Assembly: GCA_032718475.1 (NCBI GenBank)
Contig: JAUCBJ010005303.1
Span: forward strand, 1-43,329
DNA: 43,329 bases
From: Nemertoderma westbladi
Lineage: Eukaryota > Animalia > Xenacoelomorpha
Direction: 5' to 3'
Part shown: in pieces, positions 22,533-34,349 of the stretch
Layout: the number at the start of each line of letters is the position of its first letter
Numbering within the stretch: position 1 is the first letter of the stretch
Made by a program: the position numbers and the translations under genes
Notes under the pieces: generated by a model
The model's input: only the letters and a program-made list of their open reading frames with translations
Databases searched by the model: none
What the model was told of the DNA's origin: nothing

Positions 22533-24807
22533 TATCGGATTATCTGCTCCGCTATGGCGCCCATAGTGAGCGCCTCCGAGACACAGTTGCTGCAATCACC
22601 CGGACTCTAGCGAATGTATTCGTACCGTGGGAGTCTGTCCGGGCACTTATGTCTGGCCGACTGATCGCGCTGGATAAGTGTCCGGGTGTGCGGCCCATCG
22701 GAATCGGGGAGTGTCTCCGGCGTATAATGGCCGCGATCACAGGGGATGACGTCACCATCACGTGTGGCGCCGAACAGCTGTCGGCGGGGACCTCCGCAGG
22801 AGTCGAGGCTGCGATACACTCGATGTCGTCGCTGTTCGAGGATAACAGTGACTCGGGTTGGGGGGTGCTACTGGTGGACGCGGCCAACGCGTTCAACTCG
22901 CTCAACCGGGTAGCTGCGTTGTGGAACGCGCGCTGCCTGTGGCCTCGATGCTCTACATTCCTGTTTAACAGTTATCGGGGCCACAGTATCCTTGTCATGA
23001 AGGGGACTGATGCAATTATATTCAGCGCGGAGGGCGTTACCCAGGGCGACTCCCTTGCAATGCTGCTGTACGCCATCGGAGCCCTCCCGTTGATCCGGAG
23101 TTTACAGTCCCCTACAGTCCGGGAGAGTTGGTACGCCGACGATTCTGGCGGGGCGGGTGAACTCCCAGACTTACTACGGTGGTTTGAGAAGCTGCTCAAA
23201 CTCGGCCCAGCTTTTGGTTACTTCCCCGAGACGTCCAAATGCTACCTCGTAGTCGACCCCGAGTACGAGGACGAGGCTCGCAGAGTCTTCAGTGGCCACC
23301 AGATAAAGATTGTAATGGGTCACCGGTTTCTCGGGGGGTTTCTCGGGAGTTCGGGAGAACGACGCCAGTATGTGCGGGCGAAGGTGGCTGCGTGGGTAGA
23401 GGCGACGGACGCACTGGCGACGATGGCTGAATCCCAACCACAGGCGGCCTTCTCCGCCATGGTCTGCTCGTTACAGCGTGAGTGGGCGTATCTCCAGAGG
23501 GTCACCGTCGACTGCGAAGAGGAGTACGCCGTTCTAGAGACAGCCATCGCCCAAAGATTCCTTCCTGCAGTGATCGGAGGAAGCATAACTCCGGCAGAAC
23601 GAAAACTGTTTAGTTTGTCCCCACAACAAGGAGGTCTAGGACTGCGAAATCCGGTAGCCGAGGCAAAACCGTCGTACCTCGTATCCTTGCACGGGACCCA
23701 GTTCCTGAGTAGCGCGATGGCCGGCACCGAGGAATTCGACCTCCCAGCCCACCGGGACTGCTTGGCGAAGGCGAGGAAGGTCGACTGAGACGACCAGAAA
23801 CTGACCGAGATCTCAGAGTTCGAGGAGGCACTGGGGGCGATGACCGAACGCTGCTGCCGCACTATCCGCCGAGCGGCGGAGTACAAAACCGGTAGCTGGA
23901 TCTCGTCGATTCCCCGGGCGGACCTCCAGTACGATCTATCCCCACGTGAGTTTCGTGACGCGATCGCCGTGCGATACGGAAGTCCCCTCCTTGGAGTACA
24001 CAGCCGGTGCGACGGATGCGGGGCTGCCTTCGACCTGAACCATGGGTTGAACTGTAAGAAGGGCGGCCTCGTCATCCAGCGCCACAATGAGCTGAGAGAC
24101 ACTGTGGGCGACCTCGCGGCGTTGGCGTTTGGGCCACGCAATGTAATGCTGGAGCCAGTAGTAAGGGAGCAGTTGGAGGAAGGTGACGGGACAGGACTGC
24201 GGTGCGATGTAGGTATTAGGGGCGCGTTTAACGTGCAGACTCAGGCGTTGATCGATATCAGGTCAACCAACCTTGACGCCGAGTCGTACATTAACCGCGC
24301 TCCTATGACCGTTCTCGAGGCGGCGGAGGACGAGAAGAAGCGGCTATATGCGGCTGCTGTAGCAGCTCGTCGCGGTGATTTCTCTCCCTTCGTGGCTTCG
24401 TGCGACGGAGTGTTGGCACCGCAGGCCAATAGACTGCTCAGAGTCATAGCCACCAGACTCCATGCATCCTGGGGGGAACCCTACGCGACAGTCATGGGAT
24501 GGGTCCGGACGCGAATATTATTCACCATCGTCCGTGGCACATCCCACTGTCTGCGCGGATCCCGCATGCGGTGGCGCAGTGGCCTGGAGGTAGAGGACGG
24601 TGCTGGTCTCCCCTCCATGGCGGATTAGAACAGTAGTACAGCAGCAAGTACTGAAGTAGCAAGTATGTAGGCCAGTAAATACGTTTTGAATTTCCCTCCA
24701 ATTTTCACTTTTTTCACTTTTTTCATCACTTTTTTATTATTTAAACTGTAATTGCAATTGGTGATGGGTTTCTCTCATTGTATGTCTATTCATAATTATA
24801 TGTTTAT
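22533..24807 (+). mobile_element. 5'-truncated CRE-type (RLE-encoding) non-LTR retrotransposon with 12-bp TSD ATCAAACCTGAT
   Basis: RLIALDKCPGVRPIGIGECLRR, DAANAFNS, QGD, YADD; zinc knuckle CDGCG...H...C; RHNELRD; RCD...D...EKKRLY. TSD at 22521-22532 and 24808-24819. Confidence 0.9.
22649..24628 (+). pseudogene. CRE RT-ZnK-RLE reading frame with a single in-frame TGA at 23786-23788
   Basis: ORFs 22649-23788 and 23840-24628 are in the same frame (offset 1191 nt). Confidence 0.88.
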
Positions 24808-24999
24808 ATCAAACCTGATCTAATAATCTATGATCTGATAATCTAATCAAATAATTTACTTTCTGGTATCTCAGACTGCACTTACAAAATAACAAATATT
24901 TAAAGTGATTGGGTGAATATTATCAAAGTGCGCTACTGCAGCCAAATAATAGCAATGCTAGTGTAGTCCAACTATACCAGCTAGAGAACCATGGATTGG

Positions 25000-25735
25000 G
25001 GAGCGGGAAAACTATAAATAGTGCACTAAATATAAGTTCTAAATCATCATCTGCCCCAAAATCTATAAATGTAAAATCGAGTGATGGTACTGTGAAAAAC
25101 TTATCAAACCCAGATGACATTGCGAATGAGTTGAATACATTTTTTACATCCGTTAATTACAAACGTTGATTAACGTACATCCGTACATTAATTATAAAAT
25201 CCCAAAATAATTTGCTAATACAGAAACTTCCCCTGTATAAGTCCAGTATTTCCTACTCCAATTAAAAAACCATTCTGCCAGAAATGATCCATTTCCAGTA
25301 ACTCTTGTTAAAATAGGTGCCAGTAATTTATCACACCATCTGTCCAACATATTTCATAATTCTTTATCTGTTGGTTATTTTCCAGATATCATTAAACAAG
25401 CCAGAGTTACTCCCGTCTTTAAATTGGAATATCCCAAGGTTATAAGCAATTACCGTCCCATTCTGTACTCCCTGTATTGAGTAAATTTTTTGAAAAATAA
25501 TAGAAATTCAATTAACATCACATTTACATATAAATTTTCAGTTCTAACAGATAACCAATACGGATTTAGGAAAGGTCTCAAAACAACAGATGCTCTATTA
25601 AATGAGATTGCAAATTTACGCAATGCGCTTGATAATTCAGATGCTAGTATAGTTATTTTTGTAGATCTAAATAAAGCGTTCGATACGCTCAACCATAAAA
25701 TTTTATTACAACAATTTGAACTATGGTATAAGAGG
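25000..25735 (+). pseudogene. Decayed CR1/L2-group RT fragment
   Basis: IANELNTFFTSV; FPDIIKQARVTPVFK; NYRPI; NQYGFRKG; FVDLNKAFDTLNHKILL. Confidence 0.85.
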
Positions 25736-26544
25736 GTAGGTGTAAAAGTAGGTGGATCCGAATCCGCATCCCAAAATTATCAATTAAGGGAAAGGAGCAG
25801 GTTACAGTGGTACGTTATTTTAACCAAAACAATAAACTAAAGTCAATAGAACATGTTATAGTTTTATTTATGGAGTTATAGAAATGTAAAAAAAATCGAC
25901 TTCCGTAGAGACAATGTTATATGTAGAATCCGGATCCGCGTTTTACTCTGACCCGGCTTACCACACTTAGCACATAAGTGGCTTACCACACTTAGCTTAG
26001 TCAGAAACTGTCGTTCTAGCCCATAGGGTCTTGCAATAAAGAAAAATATAGGCCTACATATTGTAAAACTTTAAATGCGTTTTTCTCAGAACGTCTTTTT
26101 TTGATATAATCCATTTCTACTTGACATGCCACATATGTCTTATCCCCAATTGGTAAGTTAATCAGTAGATTGCAATTCCAACGCGTAGGTATCCAATCAG
26201 TCCAAATCCTATTGAAATCAATGTCAGAGGAGGGCTCTCAATAATGTAAAGATTGCAGCGAAATAGCTTATGAGTTATATGATAATAATATATATATATT
26301 TTAGATATATTATAGATATATAATAATTTATGAGTTATAGCAGCTAGTAATTTTTATTTGATAGTCAAAGTAGCTAGTAATTATTCACTAGCTAGTTTTT
26401 TATATTTTACATATTATATATAGTTTTACATATTTTACTTATTTAGGCCTATTTTACTTATTACTAGATTTATTTATCTTTTTATTAGTCATTTCGAGAA
26501 TATTGATGATATGGAAATTGTCTAAATAAAAGGGGCACTACAAA

Positions 26545-27010
26545 TTTTCTTTTGTCATTTTAAGATCACTATCTACCTTTAAAAACATTAGCTACCATAA
26601 TAAAAAATAATAGCTAACCTCTCTCAGAAGGTGAAATAATTTATGTTCTTGAACAAAAAACCATCTTGATAATATCCATTAACATGGTCTAAAATATTAT
26701 TTTGTAATGTTAAGATCACTAGCTACCTTTAAAAACACTAGCTACCATAATAAAAAATAATAGGTAACCTATCTGAGAGGGTGAAATTTATGTTCTAGAA
26801 CGAAAAACATCATGATAATATCCAATAACATGGTAAAAAATTGATGAAAAATTAGGTACCAAAAATTTCGTTTTGTAATTAAAAAAACAGTAGCTACCTA
26901 AAAGAAATCACTAGCTACCATAAAAAAACAATAGCTAACGTCTAACAGAAGATGACATTAATGTTATAAAACAAAAAACCTCAAGATAATAGCCATTAAC
27001 ATTGTCAAAT
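26545..27010. repeat. Three diverged ~150-170-bp tandem units with ctagctacc cores
   Basis: taagatcactagctacctttaaaaacactagctaccataataaaaaataatagctaac... recurs at ~26560, ~26710 and ~26885. Confidence 0.85.
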
Positions 27011-27054
27011 AAATGGTTAAAAAGTGGGTACCCATAACATAGTAGTACCGGTTA

Positions 27055-28432
27055 TCTCCCCACCACGGTAACCCGGCTCAATGATTGCTATAAACGATCC
27101 CGTCCCGATCTCATTCACAAATAAATCATCTGAATCCTCACGGTACTGGTGTAACCGGACAAATGTTTCCTTGGAAGATAATTCCCTAAAAAAAAACAAT
27201 CATAAATATAATATATGAAATCTATGGAAATTTAAATGATTTAATTTATTTTATATCACCTGGTTACATTGATCAATATTTATATAGTCACAATAATTTA
27301 TTACAGATGTGTCACATCAATATGAGGAAATTATAAATCGCCTCTAATAAATTTCATATAAATAAAATACATTTGATAATATAATAATATAAATGTGTAC
27401 ATGGTCTGTACTTGTAATTGTTTTTGCCTTATAAATCACAAAATTATATGAATATAAGTAACTTAGAATTAGTAATTAAGTACTGCATACTGTCACATAT
27501 TGCAGTTAATATTATTATTTTTATTGTTAAAATTTACATTATTTCCCGGGAGCTACCGGTAAATAAGATTTGCATTATTTTCCTAGGTAAATGGGGATTA
27601 TTGCTCTTCGACCAGTCCTTTTCGTGCTGTAACGGTAACCAATACTATTTTGGAACATTTTATTTATTTTATGAGTAGCAGGACTAGTAAAATGACATCA
27701 AGTAATTAATAATCTTAAAATAAATGAATATGTTCCAAAATATTGTGTGTATTAATTAAATTTAATAAATGGCCTAGCCTTCAGGCTGAAGCGGATGCAA
27801 ATATCTGCACATTTTTAAAATAAAATTACATATTGTCAGATTGTACGATAAATAAAACACATTGTTTTCCTTTTCGCATCTCGATCCGATTTAAATACCT
27901 CCCTTGCTGCACTCGGTCGGTAAATAACATATCTCGGGGTGAAGGTAAAAACAATAAACATGATAACTTTACCAAACCCAAAAACAATAAACAGCCACTT
28001 TACTAATTGAGGGAAAGGAGCAGGTTACAGAGGCGAGCTTTTCTAACCAAAACAATAAACGATCACTTTACTAATTGAGGGAAACCATATGGTCAGACAG
28101 TCGGTAGAAAAAATGTTAATGAAAAAAAATTGTAAAAAGCGTTTCATAAAATAAGCGGAACCGGTATATATATAAATATATACCTAGACAGATATTTAAG
28201 TGTTTTAAGGGACAGTCCCCAAACTGCCAAAGTAACAATACCCGCCCGCAGTAGTTATTACAGTACCGGTAATGCAGCCAACATGAGTCTGTCAGTCTGT
28301 GGTCTAAGACTACATCTAATGGAAGCTGTTGTCAGGTTTTGTGTTTATACACCTATAGGCTATGCTATGGCATGTATGGTACACCAATACAGCAATACTG
28401 GTGAACCACTAAAATAAATAACAGTTGACAGT
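27055..28432. repeat. ~1.35-kb dispersed repeat, copy A (direct copy at ~40275-41552); carries an exon fragment of the OB-like family on the minus strand
   Basis: Near-identical sequence from ctccccaccacggtaacccgg through taacagttgacag in both copies. Confidence 0.9.
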
Positions 28433-28454
28433 AATACTGCAGTTGTTAAAAATC

Positions 28455-28560
28455 AGGGTTGGCAACCAATGGTTTTTCTCACCATTGGTTTTTATGGTTT
28501 TTTGGTTTAACCAACTTTTAAAAAAAGGCGAAAAAATTGTTTTTTATGGTTTTTCAGTTA
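28455..28560. mobile_element. Terminal fragment of a hAT-like MITE
   Basis: Starts CAGGGTTGGCAA followed by repeated ggttttt subterminal motifs. Confidence 0.35.
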
Positions 28561-28570
28561 GGGTAGGTTT

Positions 28571-28928
28571 ATAGATAGATTTATTTATACATTATGTAAA
28601 AACAATAACAAATACACCAAACAATGTACCGGTATAAAGGTATTGTTCAACATAACATATAGGATTACCCCTAAGGCCCCCCTCACACGGAGCAACTTGT
28701 TTCTGCAACTTGTTTCTGAAACTTGTTGCTGAAACTTGTTGCTGGACCCCATCACACACAGAAACTTGTTGCTGCAACTTGTTTCCGAAACTTGTTTCTG
28801 TGTGTGAGGACTCCAGCAACAAGTTCCTATATAATCCTATATGTTATGTTGGACATTACCTTTATACCGGTATATTGTTTGGTGTATTTGTTATTGTTTT
28901 TACATAATGTATAAATAAATCTATCTAT
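28571..28928. repeat. 97-bp inverted repeat (28571-28667 / 28832-28928)
   Basis: Arms are reverse complements with a few mismatches. Confidence 0.95.
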
Positions 28929-29178
28929 CAAGTTTCTGAAACTTGTTTCCGCAACTTATTTCTGTGTGTGAGGGAGTCCAGCAACAAGTTGCTGGAAGTT
29001 ATATTCCCAGCAACTTTTTGAAAAACTTTTATTACATTCCACTTTGATACTAGCTAATATTAGATAATTTGAGTGATGTGATATTATATACAAATGACTG
29101 GACATGTTAGCTATTTATTTGGAAATAATTGTTATTTTCTTCAGCAACAAGTTTCTGTGTGTGAGGGGGTCCAGCAAC
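28674..29178. mobile_element. Harbinger/PIF-like non-autonomous element with gcaacttgtt/aacaagtt subrepeats
   Basis: GGCCCCCCTCACACGG at the left end and inverted tgtgtgagggggtc at the right; internal palindromic repeats. Confidence 0.55.
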
Positions 29179-29669
29179 ATATCGATTATACATATCGATA
29201 TCTCCCAATAATATACAGGAAGATGATAACATAAAGGGAAGCTAAATGTGAAGGGGTGGGGGGGAGGGGGGGGGGGGGGGTTGAGTTTGGATAATGTTTA
29301 TTCATCTCTTATATATATGTTTTATTCATTATACTTTCTTTCCTGTTTATGCAATGAATGGATTATTTCATTAGTGCTAGCACACATTAACTGTAAACGC
29401 ATTACATATAGCTTATATCCACTGTAGGCCATCAAAAAGGTGATGGGCCATCAACCGTGAACCGATGCTTCTTCTGTAATGTATAATGTATTATAGTCCA
29501 TTAAGAACACTAATGGTTCTTAAAAGGCATATAATATATTATTCAACATATTTTTTTACTTATCTGCATTCAAAGAAATCACCCACTGCAGTAAATTAAT
29601 GGTATAAATCACCTTATATATTGCAGAGCCTCCTGATCATGTTTATAAGGCCATACAAGTACCAATCTG

Positions 29670-30525
29670 CAACCAGTATGAATATCTGGGGGTATTAATA
29701 CAAACTTCACTCAGCTTCAGTGAACACATAAAATCAAAAAAGAAAATGTGCTATAGGATTATTGCATCAATAACAAAGCAGCTCGTTTCCATTGAAACAG
29801 GTCTACGAATATTTCACATGAAAATTGCACCCATTGCCCTATATGCCTTTCCAATATTCGCTCGTTTTCTTAAGCTCTCACACCTAAGGGAAATAGACCG
29901 AATTAAAACAACACACATAAAGAGAATGCTGGGTTACATATAACAGCTTCATCGACGTTGGCGCTGCTGCACCTACTCAGGGAGAAAACATTCATTGCTG
30001 ACATTTTACTAAAATATCCAACCATTTTTGACACTGGTGTAATTGAAAAATACCATGAATTTAGACAGGACCGAGAAAACAATTTTCTTTCTGAACTCTA
30101 CGAAATGGGACCGACATTTACTACATCTACATGGAAACTGGCCAAACAGACAAACCGACACATCATTACCCGGACGACCGCCCACGGTTTTCACCATAAA
30201 CTCTGTACAAACGAAAAGCCTTTCCACACATTTCACCACTCTGCTACTGCCGCTACTGTTTACTATTACCTTGCCCACAGCGATATCATGTTCTACAATG
30301 TGCCGCATGCCCACCAATACCCATACTTGCAACTACATAACTTATGTCGAACTAAATACTATTTGTGCTCCTATTCCCTGTGCTTATTTGCTGTTTTAAT
30401 ATATAATTTAACTATATGTGATTGTATGTAACTATATGACTATATGTGACTATATGTATTATGCTATAATTATATGTGATAATATTGTTATTTTACCTCG
30501 TTGGAGGTGTTTAGAGGAATAAAAA
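29670..30525 (+). pseudogene. 3' end of a decayed non-LTR retrotransposon (RT thumb and C-terminal region)
   Basis: EYLGVLIQTSLSFSEHI; IFHMKIAPIALYA; IDRIKTTHIKRMLG; RHIITRTTAHGFHHKLC; AATAAA at ~30518. Confidence 0.65.
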
Positions 30526-31804
30526 ATAATTAATATACATATTAAGTTAATCACTAATTTATTTCAGTTCATTATTTTTATTCAATTCCAAAGTGTAATA
30601 ATATTGTAGGCAGTAACGACCAACTGAAATGTTTTGACAACATTTTTATAACTAAGAGGGGAATATTATTTGACAAATGGCCTTATGATTTTTAGCCGGA
30701 TATTATGTATAAAATAAAACTTTGATAATATCATTTACCCTTTAATATAATAATTATCCACACCTTTTCAACATTACAACAATATCAAATCCTCTTATTC
30801 AAAAACTCTTATTTATCTGACATATAGTCAGTTATTATTTATCTGACATACTGTAATAGTCCGCTATTATTCATCTGACATATAGTCCGTTATGCTTTCC
30901 TTCTTTGCGTCAAGTATCACCTCCGATATTTGTAGCATCAGTTCGCGACGCTGAGGTCTGCTTATATGTAAGATATCCTCCGCCCATGCGAGGCATTCTG
31001 TCTTTAACCGTTTTTTTCAACGGCGAATCGTCGTCCATCCTTGTCGAGACAGAGGACGTACAGTCCCAATCCCAATCCCAATAAGCATTAACTTGGGTCA
31101 TTTTGGTGGCCAAAATGGCCAAATAAAAACTGCGGTATTCATGAAAGGAACCGCTGAGGCACGTTGGCTTGTCAATCACAGCCAGTGAATAGAGGCTGAG
31201 TATAAGTGAAGCCCAGCACATTGGCACTGAGGTAGAGTTCTGAGGTAGAGTTCTTTCTACGAGTTCACACACCCACACACCCCCTCCACCCCCTCCATCC
31301 ACCCCAACACCCACCCCCACGCTCGAGTGTCTGCTGTCTGTCGTCTATGTATAACACCATGGGATTTACAATATTATTAGTATACAGTAGGTTACAAGGT
31401 GTTTCGCATCACTAAAAACAAACCTTGTTTAATTGAACATGTTTATAGGCACTAACTTTAACTGTAGCCCCAATCCTATCATGGGGCCCTTTAAAATGAC
31501 CAGCTTCTCCATAATCCCACGATATAAGACAAAGAAGGCATATCCATGGCCAAACATTAAAAAATATATTTGCTACGAAATTGACTCGAGCAGCCATCAG
31601 TCCACCTGATCCCGATACCGAAAATCGGGATCCTAATAGTAACAATCCCGAAAATTGTGGATCGCACGCAATCCCATTGCAGCAACTACCACACTCTACA
31701 GTACATTTAATTTAACAGTCATGCCATTTCGCCCTGTATATTAATGATAATTGTATGCCACTCACTAATCGTGGCTTGTCCAACATTGTTTCGTTATTAA
31801 ACAC

Positions 31805-32130
31805 CATGACTAAATAATCTCACCTTAAGTTTCCAATTAATTCTCTGTGACTTCCAAATCCTAAAAAGCCCACTCAAGTCTGCCCCTGCCTTTCCCTTAC
31901 GTATTCGAAGGTCACCTGACTTCCGGATCCATGATCCCAGGTGATAGAAGTCGTCCACATGCTCAAGCATGCCATCCTTTGTGCTTATGCTCATTCGGTC
32001 AGAGACTTGCTGAGGACTTTCAAAGTTAACTGTCAAAATTTTGGTCTTTTTGGAGTTAATAAAAAGACTCCTACTACGTACTCGTAAGTCATCAGCAAAG
32101 TCTAGATCAGTTAGGTACTTGGCAGGATTT
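31805..32130 (-). mobile_element. RTE-clade RT fragment
   Basis: LTDLDFADDL, INSKKTKIL, EHVDDFYHLGS. Confidence 0.85.
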
Positions 32131-33924
32131 CCACTACTTCTGGAGCCTTTCAAAGTGGGCCTTCCAACCATTGAGGCAATCGGCTGGTGTTTCTGCCTTA
32201 ACCTGGGTGGTTGGTTGGCTTTTCCATCCAGTAAGCAAGTTGATCGATTTCCATGCATGGGATGATTGCCTGCTGTCTATAATTGCTGCTAATAATAAAA
32301 AATTCTGGTAGACGACTACAACGAATTATTTGAATGTATGACAAATTAACTCACCTTACTAAAAGAAGCCGCAAATATTCAGATAATGCTTCCATATATT
32401 AAAAATCTATAAAGAGCGGTCCATGGGTCGAAGGTCTACTAAATGAGGGTTGGTTGCATATATTAACTAGTTTCACCCCTGATTCCTCTAGTGAAATTGC
32501 TTCCCAAAAGTGGTCTCTTATGGCATTTATTGTTACTTCATTATTGGGACTCTAGATAATTACTTTATATAATTAATATTTTTCTTAAATTATTTAAAAA
32601 ATTACTAAAAATGTGACTGTGCTATACATTATACTTTAATATATACTTACAAATACTATTTACTGATACACATTAACTTTTTATAATACTTACTGGTATA
32701 TAAATAGTATTTAATTTTTCAAGGGTAAGTATATCTTTCAATAAACATTAAAAAATTATAGAAAAATATTTAGATTCCTTCAACTCATCCTTATAATCTC
32801 TGTCTATACCAACATACTTAAATAAGTGTCTGTCAGCTATTAGATCCTATATAAATATAATTTACTTACATAACAAAATTTTTCTGTGTTTACCAGAATA
32901 CACGAGTGTCTACCCGAATAAACTACCAAAGTGACAACCAGATACGACTGTACGACCGTTAACTCGATGGGAAGGAAGTGTTCCGTCGGCGGTTGCAGAA
33001 CTGGTTATGCGAATGCATAAACTGACCGGTATGGACGACAGGAAGGATAATTCCTCACCGATTACGGTCTACGCGTTTCTGAAAGATCCTGTGGAATTGC
33101 AAACGTGGTTGCGGCAACTTCCGAATATCGTAGATCCGTGCAAGGTTACGAGTTTCATGGGAGTTTGTCGGAAGCACTGGCCCGAAGAGATGACAACGAA
33201 ACATCATTCCGGGAGATACCCAGTGCCGGCGGAACCGCCGTCGGTATTCCCAAATGTTCCTCTGCTCTCCATCCCAATGCCTCCAGCCCCTCCATGCTCA
33301 ACGACGCGCGCAAGTTCTTCTAAACGCAATCCGGATATTTTTTTTTTTTAATTTTAGATTTTCTCTCTTACAGAAAGTGGCATTGTGTTGAGAAAACTCA
33401 GAAAATAAAAGAAAAATCTTTTTAAAATAAAGGTTGACCCCTCCACAACAAATTTCAAATCTGAAAATTTTTCCACTAACTAGAATTTTTGGATGAAAGC
33501 TGAGAAAAATTAGATTTTATATATAAAAGAATTCTTCCAGCAAATATTGAAGAATTCATGGTACTTAACAAAAATATCTGTAGTTGGAATTTAAAGTTAA
33601 TGTGACCCTTCCACAAATGGCTTGAAAATACCAAATTTCGTCATTTTTTCTGATAATTGATCAATTACTGCAATTTCAACTATAGAGTAATGGACATCTT
33701 GACTTTTGTTTTTTCTTTCATGGATTCAGTTTTATGGTATAATATAGACAAGTTAAAAAAAAGAGCAATAAATTTCTCTAATATCATGTGTGATGACCAT
33801 TCCACACTTTAACAAAATTATTCGCATACGACTTATTATACAAGCGACTGCACCATATCTTCCCTTATGTTGATGACCAACTTCCAGCACTTCTAGCAAG
33901 GAAATCCGCAATCCGCACGTGATC
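31930..33924. repeat. ~2-kb direct duplication, copy 1
   Basis: Nearly identical to 34350-36340. Confidence 0.97.
32967..33340 (+). pseudogene. THAP (C2CH) DNA-binding domain, frameshifted; probably the N-terminus of a P-element/THAP-type transposase
   Basis: MGRKCSVGGC, then a frameshift, then VYAFLKDP...W...VCRKHW...PAEPPSVFP. Confidence 0.8.
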
Positions 33925-34349
33925 CACAATGCAAAGGAGTGAGAGGAACACAAGTGAACAGCCTTGAATCTATCATGATGGATGACTTGACAGCGGATCT
34001 AAGCGATGACTTGAATTTTCTCAAATGCAATGGGTATGATAATTATAATATGACAGTATGACATTATAATATGACAAGATAATTATGCATTTGATATAAT
34101 GCATGACATGATTGAAGGTTGCTGTACATACATCTTAACTAAATGTTTTTTTAATTTGTCATTATTTTTTCAATGTCAATGAAATTTAAATTCGATTTAA
34201 ATTTCAAGTTATATATGGGTGTGGTTGGAGGTTTAGTGACAATTTGTGACTGAAGAGGGGGGGGGGGGGGGGGGGTGTTAAAAATATCCCAAAAAAGCAT
34301 GACTGGACCTATACAACACCTAGGCAAAAGCGTGACTGGACCTATACAA

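Noticed and set aside
23320-24141. 273-aa minus-strand ORF
   Set aside because: Antisense of the GC-rich CRE coding sequence
30910-31320. 136-aa minus-strand ORF
   Set aside because: Starts in low-complexity sequence with a non-ATG codon and has no recognisable motif
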